The translations under genes and the position numbers were made by a program. Of a stretch of 64,000 nt of DNA, positions 1 through 9,051 are shown piece by piece (position 1 is the first letter of the stretch; each line of letters begins with the position of its first letter). Location: contig JABGPL010000003.1 of the NCBI GenBank assembly GCA_018644935.1, forward strand, positions 19,639-83,638, given 5' to 3'. This DNA comes from Calditrichota bacterium (lineage in GTDB: Bacteria; Electryoneota; AABM5-125-24; Hatepunaeales; Hatepunaeaceae). The notes below the pieces were generated by a model. The model was not told the origin of the DNA. It ran no database searches and saw only the letters and a list, made by a program, of their open reading frames with translations.

Positions 1-1445
1 TCACTACCTGGTTTCAACACCACCGCAGCTGCAACAATCTCTCCCCAGAGTTCATCTGGTTTGCCGAAGACCGCAGCTTCCAGCACATCCGGATGTTGGT
101 ATAGAACATTTTCAACCTCGACGCAGTAGATATTCTCACCTCCGCAGATAATCATATCTTTGAGGCGATCTACTATATTTACATACCCCTCACTATCCAT
201 TGTCGCCAGATCACCGGTTTTCAGCCAACCATTCTGAAAAGCTTCGTCAGTTTCATTTGGAAGATTCCAATACCCTGGAGTTACTGTTTCTCCTTTGACA
301 ATTATCTCTCCTACTTCTTTATCGTCCGTTTCAATGTGTGAGCCATCGACTCGGACAACTTGCAGCTCCACTGTGATAAATGGTTTCCCGGTCTTAGCCT
401 TGTAATGAAACTGTTTTTCTGGTGACAAGTTCTTCAAGTGGTCTTTGAGAATGCTAAAGGTCAGGTATGGGGAGGTCTCTGTCATCCCATATGTTTGAAT
501 ATAATCACATTTGAAGATTTCCATAATACTGCGAACAACCGCAGGCGCGATTGGAGCACCACCACTGAGAATAACCCTGAGACTTGAATAGTCATGTTTT
601 GTCACCTCAGGGTGTTTAACCATCAGGTTCAACATAGTCGGGATCAGGTTACTGATGGTAATGTCACTTGTTTCTATCAGATTGAGAGTTGCTTCTGCAT
701 CGAATTGCGGCTGTATGACATGCTGTCCACCAACTTGAGTGATTGCAAAAACCGCCCATGCATCCGCCAGATGAAACATTGGTGCAATATGCCCCCAACG
801 GTCGGCATTAGTCAGCTTTAGTTCAGTTATGGCACCAAGAGCGTGCTGGCATACATTTCGATGTGTCAGTATTACACCTTTTGGTTTTCCGGTTGTACCA
901 CTGGTGTAATATAGATGGACATAATCTTCCGGTTTGACATCAACATTTATCTCACTTCCTGAAAACTTAACCGCATCGTCGTAACTGTAGCAATCAACAG
1001 ATGTTTCTATTTCTGGTTCCTCACCTATCCAGATAACCCGCTCTATTGAATTCACCTTTTTAAGTAGTTGATTTACATTTTCATTGAAATGAGAATTAAC
1101 GATCAGCACCCGTGAACCTGCATCACTGATTATGTAACATAATTCTTCAACAGAGAGCCTGTAGTTGAGTGGATTAAGAACCGCGCCAACCACTGATGCC
1201 GCAAAGTAGGTTTCAAGATACTCCATAGAATTGAAATCGAGGATAGAGACCCTGTCACCGGAAGATATTTGCAAATGTGCTAAAAATTTACTCAGACCAT
1301 GAACTCTTCTACCCGTTTCTTCATACGACATGCAATGTTCCCCGCAAACCACGGAAGTTCTTTCCTGGAAGCATTTTATGGCATGACTAAAAATGTCTTT
1401 AATGGTCAAGTTGTTTTCTTTCTTTTTTGATGATGCCCGTATCAC
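1..1445 (-). CDS. AMP-dependent synthetase/ligase (acyl-CoA synthetase family), partial: 3' end lies beyond the window start
   Basis: The minus-strand frame is open to position 1, which is why it is absent from the ORF track. My reverse-complement translation gives LYYTSGTTGKPKGV (about 911-870) and QTYGMTET (about 497-474) in one frame, plus an N-terminus LTIKDIFSHAIKCFQERTSVVCGEHCMSYEETGRRVHGLSKFL. The start is ambiguous: TTG 1496 (overlapping the upstream stop), GTG 1445 or TTG 1409. Confidence 0.8.
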   Translation of the reverse strand, partial: MIRASSKKKENNLTIKDIFSHAIKCFQERTSVVCGEHCMSYEETGRRVHGLSKFLAHLQISSGDRVSILDFNSMEYLETYFAASVVGAVLNPLNYRLSVEELCYIISDAGSRVLIVNSHFNENVNQLLKKVNSIERVIWIGEEPEIETSVDCYSYDDAVKFSGSEINVDVKPEDYVHLYYTSGTTGKPKGVILTHRNVCQHALGAITELKLTNADRWGHIAPMFHLADAWAVFAITQVGGQHVIQPQFDAEATLNLIETSDITISNLIPTMLNLMVKHPEVTKHDYSSLRVILSGGAPIAPAVVRSIMEIFKCDYIQTYGMTETSPYLTFSILKDHLKNLSPEKQFHYKAKTGKPFITVELQVVRVDGSHIETDDKEVGEIIVKGETVTPGYWNLPNETDEAFQNGWLKTGDLATMDSEGYVNIVDRLKDMIICGGENIYCVEVENVLYQHPDVLEAAVFGKPDELWGEIVAAAVVLKPGS

Positions 1446-1492
1446 TATACTTCTAACGAGAGTAATAGTCAGGTTGTCAGTTACAAAAGTTT

Positions 1493-1825
1493 TCAATCCT
1501 GAGGAGTATTCAGAACCTGCTGAATGCGGTCTCTGTACGCCCGAAACTCAATCCTGCCTGTTTCGGTTAGTCTTAGTAAAGTACGAGGGATCTTCTTAAC
1601 AAACTCTTTGCTGATTTCAACATATCCGATGGTTTCAAGCCGGGTTAAGTGAGATGATAAATTACCTTTAGTCAATCCCGTCTGACTCATTAGAAATAGG
1701 AAGTCAGCACTCTCTACCGCATGAAGATATGCCAGGATTAACAACCTTGCCGGCTCGTGAATTGTTCTGTTGAAGCTATCTATCGGTTTTGTGTTGTCTG
1801 TTTCTTGCTTTTTGTTTCCCATCAC
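1493..1825 (-). CDS. winged-helix transcriptional regulator (ArsR/MarR-like HTH)
   Basis: 110-aa ORF. HEPARLLILAYLHAVESADFLFLMSQTGLTKGNLSSHLTRLETIGYVEISKEF fits a winged-helix HTH pattern. It overlaps the upstream membrane-protein ORF by 4 nt. Confidence 0.7.
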   Translation of the reverse strand: MMGNKKQETDNTKPIDSFNRTIHEPARLLILAYLHAVESADFLFLMSQTGLTKGNLSSHLTRLETIGYVEISKEFVKKIPRTLLRLTETGRIEFRAYRDRIQQVLNTPQD

Positions 1826-2430
1826 ACACCCTCTTCGACCGGAAGAGGTGGGTACTTGTTTAGAAAACCGATAAATCTGATTAATCCCATTGTCATAATC
1901 GCACCTCCCGCAGCTCTCGTTGAAGCTGATAGTGGGTAGCCATAATGTTGAAACAATATAATCGCAACGGCAATAAAAACTCCAAAGATAATAAACCGAT
2001 TATATTTGAAAACAACCCCCGTTAACGCTAAAACACCACCCCATACAATGGCGGGGACAATGTAAAAGTGTTGTTGAACAAACTCTACAACGGGATTATT
2101 ACTTGTACCTGTATAAAAAAAGAAAATAGATGCAATAATGCCAAGAATAAAAGAAACTGATAAAATCAACATTGCTTTTCTTTTCTGCACGATCCGCTTC
2201 TCTCCAAAATTTGCATATCCCAGACGTTTTGATGTGAAGATCTTTTTTCCGAAAAATGGAAAAACAAGGGGAAGCATCATTAATACTCCTGCCCACACAT
2301 CGTTGTCCAGCAAAGAGTACAAACCCATCGATAAGAATACTCCCCCAACATACATATCCCAGAGCCCATCTATGAAGGTTGTGTTTTGAGCTTTGCGCTC
2401 AATACTCTGCAGGTTTAAATCGGAATTCAT
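1822..2430 (-). CDS. multi-pass membrane protein, family not recognised
   Basis: 202-aa ORF with several hydrophobic helices (VWAGVLMMLPLVFPFF, MLILSVSFILGIIASIFFFY, IIFGVFIAVAIILF). Its stop overlaps the wHTH gene start, so the two are probably one operon. Confidence 0.55.
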   Translation of the reverse strand: MNSDLNLQSIERKAQNTTFIDGLWDMYVGGVFLSMGLYSLLDNDVWAGVLMMLPLVFPFFGKKIFTSKRLGYANFGEKRIVQKRKAMLILSVSFILGIIASIFFFYTGTSNNPVVEFVQQHFYIVPAIVWGGVLALTGVVFKYNRFIIFGVFIAVAIILFQHYGYPLSASTRAAGGAIMTMGLIRFIGFLNKYPPLPVEEGV

Positions 2431-2565
2431 TTTTACGGCCTCAAACTTAGTTGTTTATGTAAACTTGTTTGTCGCACAAACCAGTTTACATAAACATACA
2501 CTTCAAATATCAAAATGTCAACTACTCTCTCGAGAGAAATTATTGAAACAAAAAAATCACTCTTA

Positions 2566-3825
2566 TCACAAATAACCTTTCAAACGTTTCTGATCATCTG
2601 CGAGTTCATGGTACAGGCGAGTTTCATGCAAATCAACATGATCAATCAGACATTCCTGACAAAATTTATGTGCTTCTTGATATTGTGCAATATCAGTGAA
2701 ATAGCGTCGAATCCAAGCGGCGATGTTCAGTGTCAAAAGGCGTGATGTGATCTTTCCATTTATGAGTTTATGATAGCGTTCAATTTCATTCTCACCGATA
2801 TCATCCCCGGACAAAAACCGACGCACAACATCTGAATGTAATTTCTTACCTTCGATAAGCCCCTTGTCCCATTCAATTAGCTGCGGAATTCCCTTCTTGA
2901 AAAATTGACGGTATAAGTCAAAGGAAAGTTTCAATTTCGTGTCCCAATCATCCGCTCGAGGTGAGTTGATATCATCCGGGTGGTGCAGTATATCAGTAAT
3001 GTATCCGTGATAATGGATATGCCCGGATAAACAGAGCTTATCCGGAGTGTTCTTTTTAATTTTACTTAAATCCTCTAATGAACTCCGATGCAACTCCTTG
3101 ATCAACTCATATGAACTGTCAACTGATTCCAGATGCAGTGCTTTGATGTAATTTATATATGCGCCCAAAACCCTACGCTCATAAATTGATTTGATGTCTG
3201 AAACAAGTTTTTCCGCCACACCAAGGGCCTCAACATAATCTAAGGTCTGGTCAAACTTCAAATACTCCATCCACGCGATATGAATGTGGGCTAACGGTGG
3301 TTGATAGTTTGGCACACGACTATCAGCGACATTGAGAAATGTCTGTGTAATTTGAGTACTGCTGCGAAGTTCATATTTGTCAAGGGTTAAACGCGCCGCC
3401 TGCCACAAGGACTGGCAATCCTGTTGTTCGGGAAAGGGGCTCAAATTTATTATAGTGATATATCTCTCTAACCTTGGGAGGTCAGTAATTATTTGTTTAG
3501 GTGCTACCTTAAAGATGAAGGGACCCTTCGTGTTAACATCTATAGCAGTGTTGATGAATTTTGTTATCTCAAGTTGAAGGTCATATAAACTTGAAACTAA
3601 GTACTTGCCTATTGTATCTGATTTTGCATGGTTAAAGGCGGATAGTCCGGATAACTCCTTAAGGTTAACCCAACCTTCTTCAAGACCGGTTAACCTTCGG
3701 TAACTCAGGAATGTTACAAATTGTATCCAGCGTTCGCGTTTAATCTCGTAATGCTTATCTGAAATTTCGACAAACACTCGAGGTTTAATTGGATTATCTC
3801 GTGAAAAAATGATTTTGAGAAGCAT
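2566..3825 (-). CDS. hypothetical protein, paralog family copy 1 (possible wHTH N-terminus plus helical C-terminal domain)
   Basis: 419-aa ORF. It shares ordered motif blocks with ORF 11808-13022: RWIQF, YRRLTGL..GW, IGKY..SS..DLQ.E, SLW and a C-terminal QECLI.H..L.ET..Y..L...QK.LK. It is divergently arranged to the secreted beta-helix gene at 3970. Confidence 0.6.
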   Translation of the reverse strand: MLLKIIFSRDNPIKPRVFVEISDKHYEIKRERWIQFVTFLSYRRLTGLEEGWVNLKELSGLSAFNHAKSDTIGKYLVSSLYDLQLEITKFINTAIDVNTKGPFIFKVAPKQIITDLPRLERYITIINLSPFPEQQDCQSLWQAARLTLDKYELRSSTQITQTFLNVADSRVPNYQPPLAHIHIAWMEYLKFDQTLDYVEALGVAEKLVSDIKSIYERRVLGAYINYIKALHLESVDSSYELIKELHRSSLEDLSKIKKNTPDKLCLSGHIHYHGYITDILHHPDDINSPRADDWDTKLKLSFDLYRQFFKKGIPQLIEWDKGLIEGKKLHSDVVRRFLSGDDIGENEIERYHKLINGKITSRLLTLNIAAWIRRYFTDIAQYQEAHKFCQECLIDHVDLHETRLYHELADDQKRLKGYL

Positions 3826-3969
3826 TGCCAGATTTCTTGGGATTAGAGAGCTTTTTGCATTTGTAACCTAATACTCATTTTAAGACTTGTTAAAACTGAG
3901 CTTCAATGATGTTGATCTAATATTTGAATATACGAAATTTATTTTGTAAATTATATATACACATATCGA

Positions 3970-5613
3970 ATGATGTTTTCAAAAGAGAGCATAATCATGA
4001 TCCGGAACCTGCTTTATACATGTTTAGTTTTTGCAATTACAACAATGACGTTTGCCGAAATCATCAATATCCCTGAAGACTTCGAAACCATTCAAGCTGG
4101 AATTGAGGCTTCAGAAGATGGGGATGTTGTCCTCGTTGAACCCGGTGTATACGTTGAAAATATCGACTTCATCGGCAGAGCTATTATTGTAGCCAGTCTC
4201 ATCCACACTACTGACAATCCTGCATACATTTACTCGACCATCATTGATGGCAACGGCGAAGAGTGTGTCGTTTCCTTTGACACTGATGAAGACTCCAGCT
4301 CCGTTCTAAAAGGATTCACCATCCGGAATGGCTATCAGCTTTTTGGTGGAGGAATTGATTGTCAGGCAGGTACAAGCCCCTTACTTTTAGACCTTTACAT
4401 AACAGAAAATGCTGCAACTCATTTTGGCGGGGGAGTGTATTTTGCCATTCATAGTGTTCTGTATCTACGACGTTCCATAGTCTCCGATAACCGAGCCTCC
4501 TATGGTGGAGGAATCGCCTCAGGAGATGCTCCTGAAGCTTTTCTGCACGATGTGATTATCAGAAATAATGAAGCAATTCGAAATGGCGGAGGGATTTATG
4601 CTGAATCCGCAACTTACAATCTGGTAAATGTCTCAATAACTGATAATCGTGCCCAAAAAGGCGGCGGCTTTTTGGGAGTTAGTTCACACGGAAATATAAT
4701 GCAGAACGTGACTGTTTCTAGAAATACAGCTGACGAAGTAGGCGGTTTGTACTTTTGGGCTCGTGTAGAAAGAGACCGGGATGTTATGGCTGCAACCATC
4801 TCTAACAGTATTATTCGCGATAACGGAGTGCAAATATTTCACGGCCGTACAGAGCACAGACGCGACTATCACCTGTCAATAGAGTACACAGACCTCGAGG
4901 GAGGAAGAGACGGTATTCAGACGGAAAATGAGCCTGAGTTACAATGGGGTGAAGGTAATTTCGATGAAGATCCCCTATTCAGAAATCCGGATGCCGGGGA
5001 ATACCAACTGACATCACAGAGTCCATGTATTGATACTGGTAATCCTGAAAGTCCTGAGGACCCGGATGAAACAAGAGCAGACCTGGGTGCATTCTTTTTT
5101 GATCAACGATTTGAAGAACAGGCTTTTGAAATCCGGGAAGGATGGAGTATTATGTCTCTTGCAGTTCAGTTGGAAAATAATGAAATCCTGAACGTAATGT
5201 CTCAACTACTTGAAAGAGGGTGTTTATCAATGTTAAAAAACCACAGGGGAAGGTTCTTTTCTCCGGAATTTAATTTTTGCAATATACCTTTTTGGGATAT
5301 TAATAACGGATATCTGATTAAACTCAGCGAAGCAGCTGAATTTTACATTCTTGGCTTAGCAATTCCAGATGAAAATGAAATCCCTTTACGGGAAGGATGG
5401 AATATTATTGCATATCATCCTGAAGGTGAAATGGCTCCAGAAACGGCACTCGAGTCAATTGATAACCAACTTCAGACAGTGAAAGATCAGGATGGTAATT
5501 TCTGGAACATTCCGAACGAATTTAACAACCTCCCTGATCTCACGAGAAATCAGGGGTATCAGGTTCAGGTCAATAGGGATTGCACACTAATATTTCCAGA
5601 TGATGATGAATAG
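3970..5613 (+). CDS. secreted right-handed beta-helix repeat protein with C-terminal tandem GW-type module
   Basis: 547-aa ORF with a signal-like N-terminus (LLYTCLVFAITTMTFAE; ATG 3997 is an alternative start). It has repeated glycine turns (FGGGID, HFGGGVYF, YGGGIA, NGGGIY, KGGGF) and a PCIDTG...RADLGAF cap. The C-terminal ~155 aa are two copies of an EGWN...G.F(W/Y).P..FNN...GY.V module. No T9SS C-terminal domain is present. Confidence 0.65.
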   Translation: MMFSKESIIMIRNLLYTCLVFAITTMTFAEIINIPEDFETIQAGIEASEDGDVVLVEPGVYVENIDFIGRAIIVASLIHTTDNPAYIYSTIIDGNGEECVVSFDTDEDSSSVLKGFTIRNGYQLFGGGIDCQAGTSPLLLDLYITENAATHFGGGVYFAIHSVLYLRRSIVSDNRASYGGGIASGDAPEAFLHDVIIRNNEAIRNGGGIYAESATYNLVNVSITDNRAQKGGGFLGVSSHGNIMQNVTVSRNTADEVGGLYFWARVERDRDVMAATISNSIIRDNGVQIFHGRTEHRRDYHLSIEYTDLEGGRDGIQTENEPELQWGEGNFDEDPLFRNPDAGEYQLTSQSPCIDTGNPESPEDPDETRADLGAFFFDQRFEEQAFEIREGWSIMSLAVQLENNEILNVMSQLLERGCLSMLKNHRGRFFSPEFNFCNIPFWDINNGYLIKLSEAAEFYILGLAIPDENEIPLREGWNIIAYHPEGEMAPETALESIDNQLQTVKDQDGNFWNIPNEFNNLPDLTRNQGYQVQVNRDCTLIFPDDDE

Positions 5614-5778
5614 AGTTAATTATATGGTAACTCCGTATGTTACAAGCTGAATTATAAAATCCAAGCACTATTTATTATTTAATCGTTTGGTAATCGGTTT
5701 TTTTGTTATATATTCTACTAAGATTGGAACTCCTCCCGAATTAAATTCGGGAATAACTGTCACTTCAGGATATCTTGG

Positions 5779-7914
5779 ATGTTTAGAGCCTGTATTGTTG
5801 GAATTCTAGTCATATTCTTTTCCTGTCTTGAATCCCATGCACGTATATGGCTTGTTCCAGAAGAGCGTGAATCTGTCGAGCAAGCATGTAATATTGCCGC
5901 AGACAACGACACGATTCTCATCAGTCCCGGTACATATCGCGAAAACCTCTCATTAGACAAGAACCTTGTCATAGGCAGTCTCTATCTAACAAGCAACGAT
6001 ACCGCATACCTTGATTCAACAATACTCGAAGGAAATGGCGACGGATGTGTTGTTGAAATTTTTGGCAGAACATCTCCAACTTTTTCCGGATTAACAATCA
6101 CAAATGGCAGGCAGGATTCTGGTGGTGGATTCCGCATTCGAAACAACTCAAATCCATCAATATTGTCGTGTCGAATTTTTGGAAACTCCGGCGGAGTTTA
6201 TTGCACTGAAGGTAGCGATGCTATTATCGCCGATTGTCGAATTTTTGATAATCATTCCGAATTTGGTGGGGAGGGAATTCGATTCCGTGATTGCCCGGAG
6301 CCACAAATAATTCGTACTTACATCAGCAATAATTCAGGGGCCGGTATTTTTTGTCAGGGAAATAGTGATGCACAGATAGTAGATTGCATTATTGAACAAA
6401 ATCAAAAGAAAGGAATTAGCCTTTCGAACTCCAGCCCAACAATTCAGAACTGCATCATTAATGGGAACGTGGGGGAGATTGTAGGTGGAGTTGGATTTCT
6501 TCAAGAGAGTAATGCAATAGTTACTAACTGCACTATCACTGGTAATAGTGGCGAAGCAACTGGCGGAATAGCTTGTTACAATTCTGATCCCCAAATTTCA
6601 GAAACAACAATCTCTGGAAATTTTGGTGGTTCTGTTGGTGGTGTAAAATGCGCTTTCAACGCAGCTCCTATTTTCAACAATTGCATAATAAACGATAACC
6701 TCAGCACTGGTCTTTGGGGTGCAATTCTCTGTTTTGAATGTTCTCCCCGCTTCAACTATTGCACCATCAGTGGCAATAGTTCTTCCGAGGGGTGTGCCGG
6801 TATATCTCTTCGAAGAAGCTCGGCAGAATTTTTCCGGTGCCTAATCGTTGATCACAACTCCATTGGTAATGGCGGAGCCATTTACTCGTCAGAATCCAGC
6901 CCAACTTTCACTCACTGTACTATTGCCAAAAACATATCAATTGCAAACGGTGGTGCTTTCTATATTGAAGGTGGGGGGACTCCTGTTGTAGTTAACTCTA
7001 TTTTGTGGGCAAATACACCCCCATCCATTTATCTTCAAAGCTGGGGAGAAGTCGAAGAAGACAGAGCTGGTCTTGTTATGTCATACTGTGATCTGGAGTT
7101 GGCAGATGAGGGCATCGTTACTCGCGGGAGAGTTGAATTAGATTTTGGCAAAGGATGCATTGATGCCAACCCATGCTTCGATCCTTCAGAAGAGAGGAAT
7201 TATCATTTACGCTTGGATAGCCCCTGTATTGATGCATGTAGTGAACTCTACCAAAGAGATCCGGATAGAACTATAGCAGATATGGGAGCCTTCTATCTAC
7301 CTCAACCAAATCTATATCTTTCCAGACATGAATTTTCATTTAACGGGATTCACATTGGAGAACGGGACAGCGTTGACATTATCATAAGAAATGTCGGCTT
7401 AGGTTCGCTGAATATCGATTCTTTAAGTATACGTTCTAATGACAATGCTTTTGAAATTGCCACGAACTCCCGTCCATTTACACTGGAGCCGGACGAAAGA
7501 TACACCGTTCGCATCAGCTTTGCGCCATCTAATTCCGGCGAGAACAGGGGAGTCTTATTTATCGATTCCAATGACCGTGATCGACCACGAGAATTCGTTC
7601 ATTTAAGAGGAAATGTGCTTGAAGTTGATGAACCTGGATACTTAACTCCGGCTGCATTTGAGATAACAGATATTTACCCAAATCCTTTCAATAACGAGGC
7701 TGTTATCAACTTCACTCTCCCCGTCTACAGTCAAGTAAATTTCAAAGTAATGGATATCACCGGTCGTGCGATAATGTCCATCAATTCAGATTTCTATCCT
7801 GCCGGTAACAATACAATCAGTACCGGTATGAAATCTCTCGAAACCGGAACCTATTTTTTACAGGCTGAAAACAACAATATTCTTTGGACTCGGAAGGTTA
7901 TTAAGATTCAGTAA
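5779..7914 (+). CDS. secreted right-handed beta-helix repeat protein with Ig-like domain and T9SS C-terminal sorting domain
   Basis: 711-aa ORF with a signal-like N-terminus (ACIVGILVIFFSCLES). It has many ~23-aa repeats (ISNNSGAGIFC, ITGNSGEATGGIAC, ISGNFGGSVGGV, ISGNSSSEGCAG) and PCIDA...ADMGAF. The C-terminus YPNPFNNEAVINFTLP...GTYFLQAENN...KVIKIQ matches the Por/T9SS sorting-domain pattern. Confidence 0.75.
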   Translation: MFRACIVGILVIFFSCLESHARIWLVPEERESVEQACNIAADNDTILISPGTYRENLSLDKNLVIGSLYLTSNDTAYLDSTILEGNGDGCVVEIFGRTSPTFSGLTITNGRQDSGGGFRIRNNSNPSILSCRIFGNSGGVYCTEGSDAIIADCRIFDNHSEFGGEGIRFRDCPEPQIIRTYISNNSGAGIFCQGNSDAQIVDCIIEQNQKKGISLSNSSPTIQNCIINGNVGEIVGGVGFLQESNAIVTNCTITGNSGEATGGIACYNSDPQISETTISGNFGGSVGGVKCAFNAAPIFNNCIINDNLSTGLWGAILCFECSPRFNYCTISGNSSSEGCAGISLRRSSAEFFRCLIVDHNSIGNGGAIYSSESSPTFTHCTIAKNISIANGGAFYIEGGGTPVVVNSILWANTPPSIYLQSWGEVEEDRAGLVMSYCDLELADEGIVTRGRVELDFGKGCIDANPCFDPSEERNYHLRLDSPCIDACSELYQRDPDRTIADMGAFYLPQPNLYLSRHEFSFNGIHIGERDSVDIIIRNVGLGSLNIDSLSIRSNDNAFEIATNSRPFTLEPDERYTVRISFAPSNSGENRGVLFIDSNDRDRPREFVHLRGNVLEVDEPGYLTPAAFEITDIYPNPFNNEAVINFTLPVYSQVNFKVMDITGRAIMSINSDFYPAGNNTISTGMKSLETGTYFLQAENNNILWTRKVIKIQ

Positions 7915-7934
7915 AACTTTTGTCCCATGGTACT

Positions 7935-8351
7935 TTACAACGGGCAATAAACATCAATACGAACCCCAAATGGATCATCCACGCAGCAGAACCTCATTTT
8001 ATCATACATAACAGTGTCCTGTGGGATCATGCAGTTCTTACATCCAGCCTCGAGTAATGTTTGATAAAGAACATCTACTTCCTCAGGCGTTGAAACTTGA
8101 ACAGCAAATTCTGTGTTGCATGGATTGTTATTCTTTTCTGTCCCGATTTCACTCGGGAATATTGTCAACCAGGTCGAGCCCATTTTTATTCCGTAGAGCT
8201 TTTCTCCCTCTTCTTTATAGAACTCTGATTTCCCGAATATTCCAGTATAGAATTCAACTGCTTTGTCATAGTCTTTGAAGTAAAGGCTGACAAAGTTTAA
8301 GCCAACGATGTTAAACTTTTGGGCAGGAATTTCATTCGATTCTGTGGACAT
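7935..8351 (-). CDS. VOC (glyoxalase/bleomycin-resistance/dioxygenase) family protein
   Basis: FNIVGLNFVSLYFKDYDKAVEFYTGIFG is a typical VOC N-terminal beta-alpha-beta pattern. The track ORF starts at GTG 8378 inside a palindromic repeat, so I prefer ATG 8351 (MSTESNEIPAQKF...). Confidence 0.7.
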   Translation of the reverse strand: MSTESNEIPAQKFNIVGLNFVSLYFKDYDKAVEFYTGIFGKSEFYKEEGEKLYGIKMGSTWLTIFPSEIGTEKNNNPCNTEFAVQVSTPEEVDVLYQTLLEAGCKNCMIPQDTVMYDKMRFCCVDDPFGVRIDVYCPL

Positions 8352-8368
8352 GCGATTACCTATGAGTT

Positions 8369-8396
8369 TAGTTCCCACGCTGGAGCGTGGGAACTA
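8369..8396. repeat. REP-like perfect hairpin TAGTTCCCACGC-TGGA-GCGTGGGAACTA
   Basis: 12-bp perfect inverted arms with a 4-nt loop, read directly from the sequence. It lies in the gap between the VOC and tmk genes. Confidence 0.8.
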
Positions 8397-8439
8397 GTTT
8401 AGCGCGGCTTGAAAGTTGCACACTCCGGATAAGGCTTGA

Positions 8440-9051
8440 TTACGGCAGGTTACTCAGCACCTGTTCGAACACTTCTTCAATTCCCGATGCTCCATCAATA
8501 AGCGAGATGACACAAGAACCGCTGTTGGCTACCTTCAAATATCCCTGTCGCACTTTCTCGAAGAAATCAAGTCCTTTTTGCTCAATTCTGTCTGAGGAGC
8601 CTTCGAAGCGGGACATTCCTATTTTGGGGTCGATGTCGAGCAGGAAGATTTTATCGGGGTGAGTTCCTGCGGTTACAGTGTGATTGACCATTTTGATAAA
8701 TTCTATGTCTACACCTCTTGCGAAACCCTGATAAACAATGGATGACAATGCAAATCTGTCCAGAATGACTGTCGTCCCCTGTTCAAGTTGAGGTTTTAGT
8801 ATCAATCTTGCAAGCTCCGCCCGTGCTGCTGCAAACAACAAAAACTCGGCATGAGCACCTAACCCACCCTGAAAATCTTTTTTAGCAAGCAGGATGTTTC
8901 GAATTTCCTCACCAACCTGCGTTGCTCCGGGCTCTCTGTAAAGTGTTGCTTGAACACCCTTAGCTTGAAAATGGGCGAGGAGTTTTTTTGCCTGTGTGGT
9001 TTTCCCGCAACCATCTATTCCCTCAAATACTATTAGTTTTCCCTTGCTCAC
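8440..9051 (-). CDS. tmk: thymidylate kinase
   Basis: N-terminal P-loop LIVFEGIDGCGKTTQAKKL and DRF...S..YQG motifs. The GTG start overlaps the lgt stop (GTGA). Confidence 0.9.
   Translation of the reverse strand: MSKGKLIVFEGIDGCGKTTQAKKLLAHFQAKGVQATLYREPGATQVGEEIRNILLAKKDFQGGLGAHAEFLLFAAARAELARLILKPQLEQGTTVILDRFALSSIVYQGFARGVDIEFIKMVNHTVTAGTHPDKIFLLDIDPKIGMSRFEGSSDRIEQKGLDFFEKVRQGYLKVANSGSCVISLIDGASGIEEVFEQVLSNLP

Noticed and set aside
8387-8662. Track ORFs that begin in or read through REP hairpins (8387-8662, 21867-22085, 27181-27420, 21205-21420)
   Set aside because: Their sequences (for example ...VWLGLLVAQVSL..., ...VEYFQPLSDVL...) are translations of the palindromic repeats or antisense to real genes. 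They are not credible proteins.
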